64,000 nt of DNA, from assembly GCF_009914755.1 (NCBI RefSeq), contig NC_060925.1. One strand, written 5' to 3'. This stretch comes from the human T2T-CHM13v2.0 reference genome, Homo sapiens. A program made the position numbers and the translations under genes. Shown in pieces: positions 58,160 to 64,000 of this stretch (its first letter is position 1; the number at the start of each line of letters is the position of its first letter). The notes beneath the pieces are model-generated. The model did not search any database. It had not been told where the DNA came from and saw only the letters and a list, made by a program, of their open reading frames with translations.

Positions 58160-58641
58160 TGTGCTAGGATGAACAATGGGTCTCCATGTTGTCCACATCC
58201 TAATTCATGAAACCTGTGATTGTGGGACTGCATATGTCACAATGGACTTTTGAGTAAGTAACGGATCTTGAGGTGGTGACATTATCCTTGATTATCTTAA
58301 TAAGCTTGATGTAACTAACCACAAGGGTCCTTATAAGAGGGAAAGAGATGTGAAGACAGTCACAGAGAGAGAGATTTGAAGATGCCATTGGCTTTAAAGA
58401 GGAAGGAGGGGACCGTACCAAGGAATGCAAAAAAGGCAGCTCTGGAGCTGAAAAGCCAAGGGGCAGGGCTCTCCCTGAAACCTTCTGGGGGTGGGGGTCT
58501 GGCCCTCTCCAGAACTTGTTTTAATTCAGTGAAACCCATATATCTGACTTTGACCTCCATAACTGTAAGAGAATAAAAGTCGTTATTTAAAATCACTGAG
58601 ATTGTGATAGTTTATTACAGCAGTAACAGGAAACTAATATA
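58160..58641 (+). mobile_element. MLT1D-like MaLR LTR, antisense to CYP4A11
   Basis: acaagggtccttataagaggg...gatttgaagatg...aactgtaagagaataaa...cagtaacaggaaactaatata. Confidence 0.78.
58611..58616 (-). terminator. CYP4A11: Candidate distal poly(A) signal AATAAA of CYP4A11
   Basis: tttatt on the plus strand, about 910 nt after the stop codon; U-rich sequence follows on the minus strand. Confidence 0.65.
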
Positions 58642-58736
58642 GGAACAGACAAGCAGGCAGGAAGAAGGAGACAGGTGTATGGGCAGACAGTCTGGAGGGC
58701 AGGCAGGAGTTTGGGAGGTGGGTGGAGATTCAGGGA

Positions 58737-59325
58737 TGTTGGGGTGTTCAGACCCAACACCAGGTCGTGGGGGTGACAAAGTCCGGCAGAGTCAAAGCAG
58801 TGAGAAAAGACAGTTTGAGAGAGAAAGTGGGTCCAGGGCGCCAAAGCTAAGGATGGAGGCTGTGAAGGCCCCGAGCTCTGGAAGTGCAGATTATTTATTG
58901 GTGATCAAACAAAGAAACAGGTGGTGAGAATGTGGGGGTCGAAAGGGCATGTTGCATTAACCACATGATTTACAGCTGTGACGGTTTAGCATCTGCTCTG
59001 CTACTTGAGATAATGGAGAGCAGGTTCTTTTAACTCAAGATACAATTGATCCTGGGAGAGCAAGGAGCGAGGAGGCAGCAAGTCCAGACACATTCCAGAG
59101 CCACGAGCCCTGGATTCTATCCAAGCCACGAGGGGTTTTATGCCCCGGGCTTAGATTATGGTGCGTCAGGGTAGCCTTCCACCCTTCAGCACAGAGCTTG
59201 GTGTTCCAAAGGCCACAAGGGGTTTTAGACCCTGGATCCTGGACATGATTCAAGACTCTTTTACATTATGTCAGACATGCAAGCTCGGCCTCAGCTTCTC
59301 CCAACACTCAGCTTTTCTCCCAACA
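58737..59325 (-). mobile_element. HERV-K14/HML-1 type solo LTR (LTR14B-like) inside the CYP4A11 3'UTR, sense to the gene
   Basis: Minus strand starts tgttgggagaaaagctgagtgttgggagaagctgaggc, ends ggtctgaacaccccaaca; near-TSD aggga/agaga; own AATAAA at 58894-58899. Confidence 0.82.
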
Positions 59326-59523
59326 AGAGATACAGGTGGGTAGGAGACAGGTAGACAAGCAGGTAGGGAGCCTGGAGAAAGGTGAGAGAGAGAAGGGCAG
59401 GCAGACTGGGGGACAGCAGGCAGGTGGGAAGAAGGGAAGGTGGGCAGACAGAAAACAGGATATGGGCAGACAGGAAGGGGACAGAAGCGGGGGTCAGGAA
59501 GACAGGACGGCAGGTGGAGGCCC

Positions 59524-59886
<363 letters not shown>

Positions 59887-62169
59887 TCACACTATCCCAA
59901 TCCTTGGACAGAGCCGTCTTCCTGGGCTAGCTCCTAACTCCTACCCTCTACCTCTGCTCTCAGCAGCCTGAAACCCTCTATCAAGACAAGGCCAGGGCTC
60001 TAAGGCACAGAGTCTAATCACATGAATAGATAAAGAGTTAATCAATGGTTTGTTCACTCCTCCACAAACATTTCTTGTTCTCCAGTGTGGAGGTCAGTTC
60101 AGGTCCTGTAGGGTGAGGGTGGGCCACACTCTCAGGTGCTTCCCATGTAGTGGGACACACAGGGACCTGAATCCTCATAGGGGCCCCGATGGGTGTATTA
60201 AGGGAGTCAGAAGGGCAGTGGGAGGCTTCCTGGAGGAGAACTGGGTGGGTGATCCTCAGTGTTGCCCCACCTGCCTCCCACCCCAGGGTCCGGGCTCCTG
60301 TCTAACCTCACTCCTCCATCCACCAGCCCCTGTAGCCTTCTAATTCTACTCCAGAAACATCCTTCCTTGCCCTTCCTCAGTATTCTTGCCTGGACTTTAT
60401 GGTTTTCTGCTTCCCCTCCCAGCACACTGAAGCCACAGCCCAGCTCAGACCCTCCCACGCTCTTCATCACAGGTGGGACAGCATCCCAATGCCTCAGCTG
60501 GCAGATAAGCCCTCCATGGGCTCTTGCCTCACCCACATTTTACCTGTCCAGCCCACGTCCTGGCCCTGTTCATGTGGAGATGGCTCAGAATGTCCTCCCT
60601 CCACCTCTGCCTGCCACATCCTCAAGGCTAAAGTCAGATTCCAGCTGCCTCTCACTCCCTGCCAGCTGGGCCTCTCCCTCCCAGGCCCCCAGGTAGCATT
60701 CACGATTTATCCATGAACACTCACAGTCCAGTGCCAAGGACAGCACCAGGGACAGGGACACTCAACACGCCACTCAGTGAGTGAATGAGTGAAAGGATGG
60801 TTGATGGAACGATGTGTGTCTGGAGCACAGGATATATTTCTGTACAACACATTTTTGTACTTTTTATCTCTGTTTTCTCATCATGCTGCATAGGACTTGA
60901 CCCAGAGAGGTAGCTTAAGAAATACTTCTATATTTGAATGATGTTAAGTTTTAAAATGAATAAAATATAATGAAATACACTGAGAGTAAATATTAATTCT
61001 GAGCTAGAAATGGACCTTAGGAATGCTCTCCAGTTCTCTAGTGGCAGCGACATGATTTGCAGGCAATGTTTAGGAGGACTTTCTCATGCTGGGATAGACA
61101 GACCAGTGCTGGAGAAGGAGTTTCAGGAGGAAGCTTTTTCTTAAAGCCTGTTCTGTGTAAGTGGACTCACCGTTTCAAAAAGTCACATAATTATTTCTTT
61201 GAACAAACTTTGTTTCTACTAAGAATTTATATCGTTTTTGCCTGTGTGTATGTCACAGGACGATTCCTGATGCCACAATGATCTCCACCGCAACCATTCT
61301 GGAGTTTTCCTCTCCAGCTCAAAAGCAATTTCAAGTGTGTTTTATATTTCACATACCAGGAGGCTTCAAATGTTGTGCGTTATATGATAATTATTGGGCT
61401 TTTCTCTCCAAGACAGTGTACTGTTCACATTTTTATGTTTTTGGCCAATATTGTGCTAAGTGGATTACAGGACTATGGTATAAAGATCTCAAGGCATGTA
61501 CAGAATTTGTCAAACGGGAAAATAGATGTAAATATGTGAACACTATATAATGCAGTAAAAATTTCATTGGGCAAGACAGAAGAATGTATGATATGACACA
61601 CACTGTTGTAAAACTTTCTTCAAAGGGCTACCTTAACCTCTCCCTTATATGACTTGAAAGGTAGGACTTGCAGGTCATCTGTATTATAAACAGATGCAAA
61701 GACTTCAATGATTCATCTCTACGACAGACTAGTGAATTAAATAGGGAAGGTAGTGTGCTGCATTGAGGATGTGTGGGGGGAGAGAAATCTACAGTTTACT
61801 ATTCCTGACAACTGAGAAAAGCAAACAGCTGAAGTTGAATTTACTGGAGAATATCTAATTTTGAGAATTCATATCCTTAAAGTGAGGAAAATACATGAAT
61901 ATACTGAAGTTTGGAACATGCACTGACAGTGAATTCAGGCTGCCCATTTGAAGAAGCAGAGGGAGCAAAGTCTCCATGGGGTGCTCTGAATGCCACCTTC
62001 CTTTTGTACACAGAGACGCCCACACCAGGTGCCTGACTTTCCCACAAATACCAACATTTAAGAGCACACCTGAAGATGCCACATATGAACATCAGGCTCA
62101 CAAAGATCAGAGGGTTGACCAGAGACTTCCCTCATTCCTCTATTCGAATTACCACACAGGACGTCTCAC

Positions 62170-62246
62170 CTTGATCCTCCTGAGAAGGGCAGGAAAGCGT
62201 GGCTGTGTTGAGCAGAACCCGGTGCAAAACGGAAAGGGTCAAACAC
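62170..62246 (-). CDS. CYP4A11: CYP4A11 exon 11
   Basis: tgcag|GTG TTT GAC CCT TTC CGT...TCA AG|gtgaga; [25 protein letters not shown](R); 77 nt. Confidence 0.96.
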
Positions 62247-62391
62247 CTGCAGAGAGAGCACCAGAGCCAGGATAGTTAAGGATCCAGCACCTACTTGCCA
62301 CCCATGGGGGACAGGACTCCCAGAGGTGGAAGCAGGAGAAGGTATTGGTCTTGAGGGATCACCTCATTTCCTCCTCTCAAGGACCACATAC

Positions 62392-62456
62392 CTCTGGGTT
62401 GGGCCACACTTTTGGGTTGTGGTGAAGGCCATAAATGGAGAGGAGGACCATGATAC
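62392..62456 (-). CDS. CYP4A11: CYP4A11 exon 10
   Basis: atag|GT ATC ATG GTC...CCA GAG|gtatgt; (G)[21 protein letters not shown]; 65 nt. Confidence 0.96.
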
Positions 62457-63328
62457 CTATGGTGCAGGTTGGAAACAGAGAGAAGACCAATCATTTGCAT
62501 GGGGTGGCCTGGTACTTCAGCCAGCAGGCACAAAAGAAGGCCCAAAAAGCCTACTTTCCACAAATTTTCACTTTGACTGGGATGATTCTGCCATTATGCA
62601 GGTGGGTTAGGCTTAACAAAGCATGTGAGTTCAGATGATGAATAGACAACCATTTATGCAGGAATGAGAAGCAAGAAAGAATCAGAGCATTACTCTTTAG
62701 AGTAAGTCCAGTGACATTTCACATTCATCAAATATCCTCCAAGGGTCATTGGAGAATATACATGAACTCATTCAGTACAACAACGCTCCAAGTAAGACAT
62801 TCTTTTGCTCTCAGTTTTCAGGGGAGATACCTGAATCTCAGAGAGACCAATTGTCTTGTCTATGTTCACACAACTAGGTTATGGCAGGACTGGGACCAGA
62901 ACCCAGGGAGTTGCACCTTGGTGTCCCCAGATCTGGTCATCACTTTCTCTCTGCCATCAACCTGAGGGTTCCTCAGAGACTGGACAACAGCTGACCCAGG
63001 AAATGAAATTCCTGATAAGCCTCTTTTGCACTGACCCCATGAGGAAAGAAACACATCCCTCTCTGCCCTTGTCTGATTCTCTTTCCAGCCCTGCACATCT
63101 CAGGGAATAGAATTTTACAGTTACTGACCCAAGGCCACATTCAGAGATTAACATTTATTTCTTGAACTTTTGGTGGGTTCAAGCTCTCAGCCAGACTTTT
63201 CAAATTCTTTATCCCAAGTACAAAGTATGTTTTTGATTTTTTTAGAACAAAAGGGAGACCCAGAGATGTGCAGAATTCTGATGCACACATGGATTTCTCA
63301 CCCTCCACACGTCCCTGTGGAGAGTTTA

Positions 63329-63580
<252 letters not shown>

Positions 63581-63583
63581 TCA

Positions 63584-63814
<231 letters not shown>

Positions 63815-63861
63815 CTATGTACTTCTGGGCAAAGACTCAGGCCTCTCCTACACATACTCAC

Positions 63862-63968
63862 TTTGGCCAAGAGGAGGATATCCAGAAAATCCAAATGCCT
63901 CTTCCTCTTGATCTTCTCCAGCTCCCCCTCCTTCTGTAGTTGAGCCTTCCTCAGTTGGATCACTTGGT
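63862..63968 (-). CDS. CYP4A11: CYP4A11 exon 7
   Basis: gtacag|AC CAA GTG ATC...GCC AAA|gtgagt; (D)[35 protein letters not shown]; 107 nt. Confidence 0.95.
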
Positions 63969-64000
63969 CTGTACCAGAACAATGGTTACCAGGCAGAGCT

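Overview
Primate genomic DNA, very probably the human chr1p33 CYP4 cluster. The minus strand carries exons 7-12 and the 3'UTR of CYP4A11 (about 58.6-64.0 kb) and coding exons 1-7 of the transcribed pseudogene CYP4Z2P (29850 to 2658; exon 8 onward lies left of the window). All 13 exons were located by translation and GT-AG boundaries. Most of the rest is transposon-derived: nested L1s, Alus, MaLR/ERVL/ERV1 solo LTRs, an LTR-less rearranged ERV1 internal segment, a pol-deleted HML-8 (MER11/HERV-K11) provirus 254 nt upstream of the CYP4Z2P ATG, and an alpha-tubulin processed pseudogene. I see no new protein-coding system. The best observations are: (1) a 443-bp tract where the two HML-8 LTRs differ by about 1% versus about 9-10% elsewhere (likely gene conversion); (2) a MaLR LTR whose target-site duplication is exactly the GTATG of the CYP4Z2P exon 3 splice donor; (3) both candidate CYP4A11 poly(A) signals lie in LTRs; (4) a 47-bp inverted templated insertion at a deletion junction. 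Gene and repeat-family names come from recalled sequences, not database searches. Repeat boundaries without a stated TSD are approximate.
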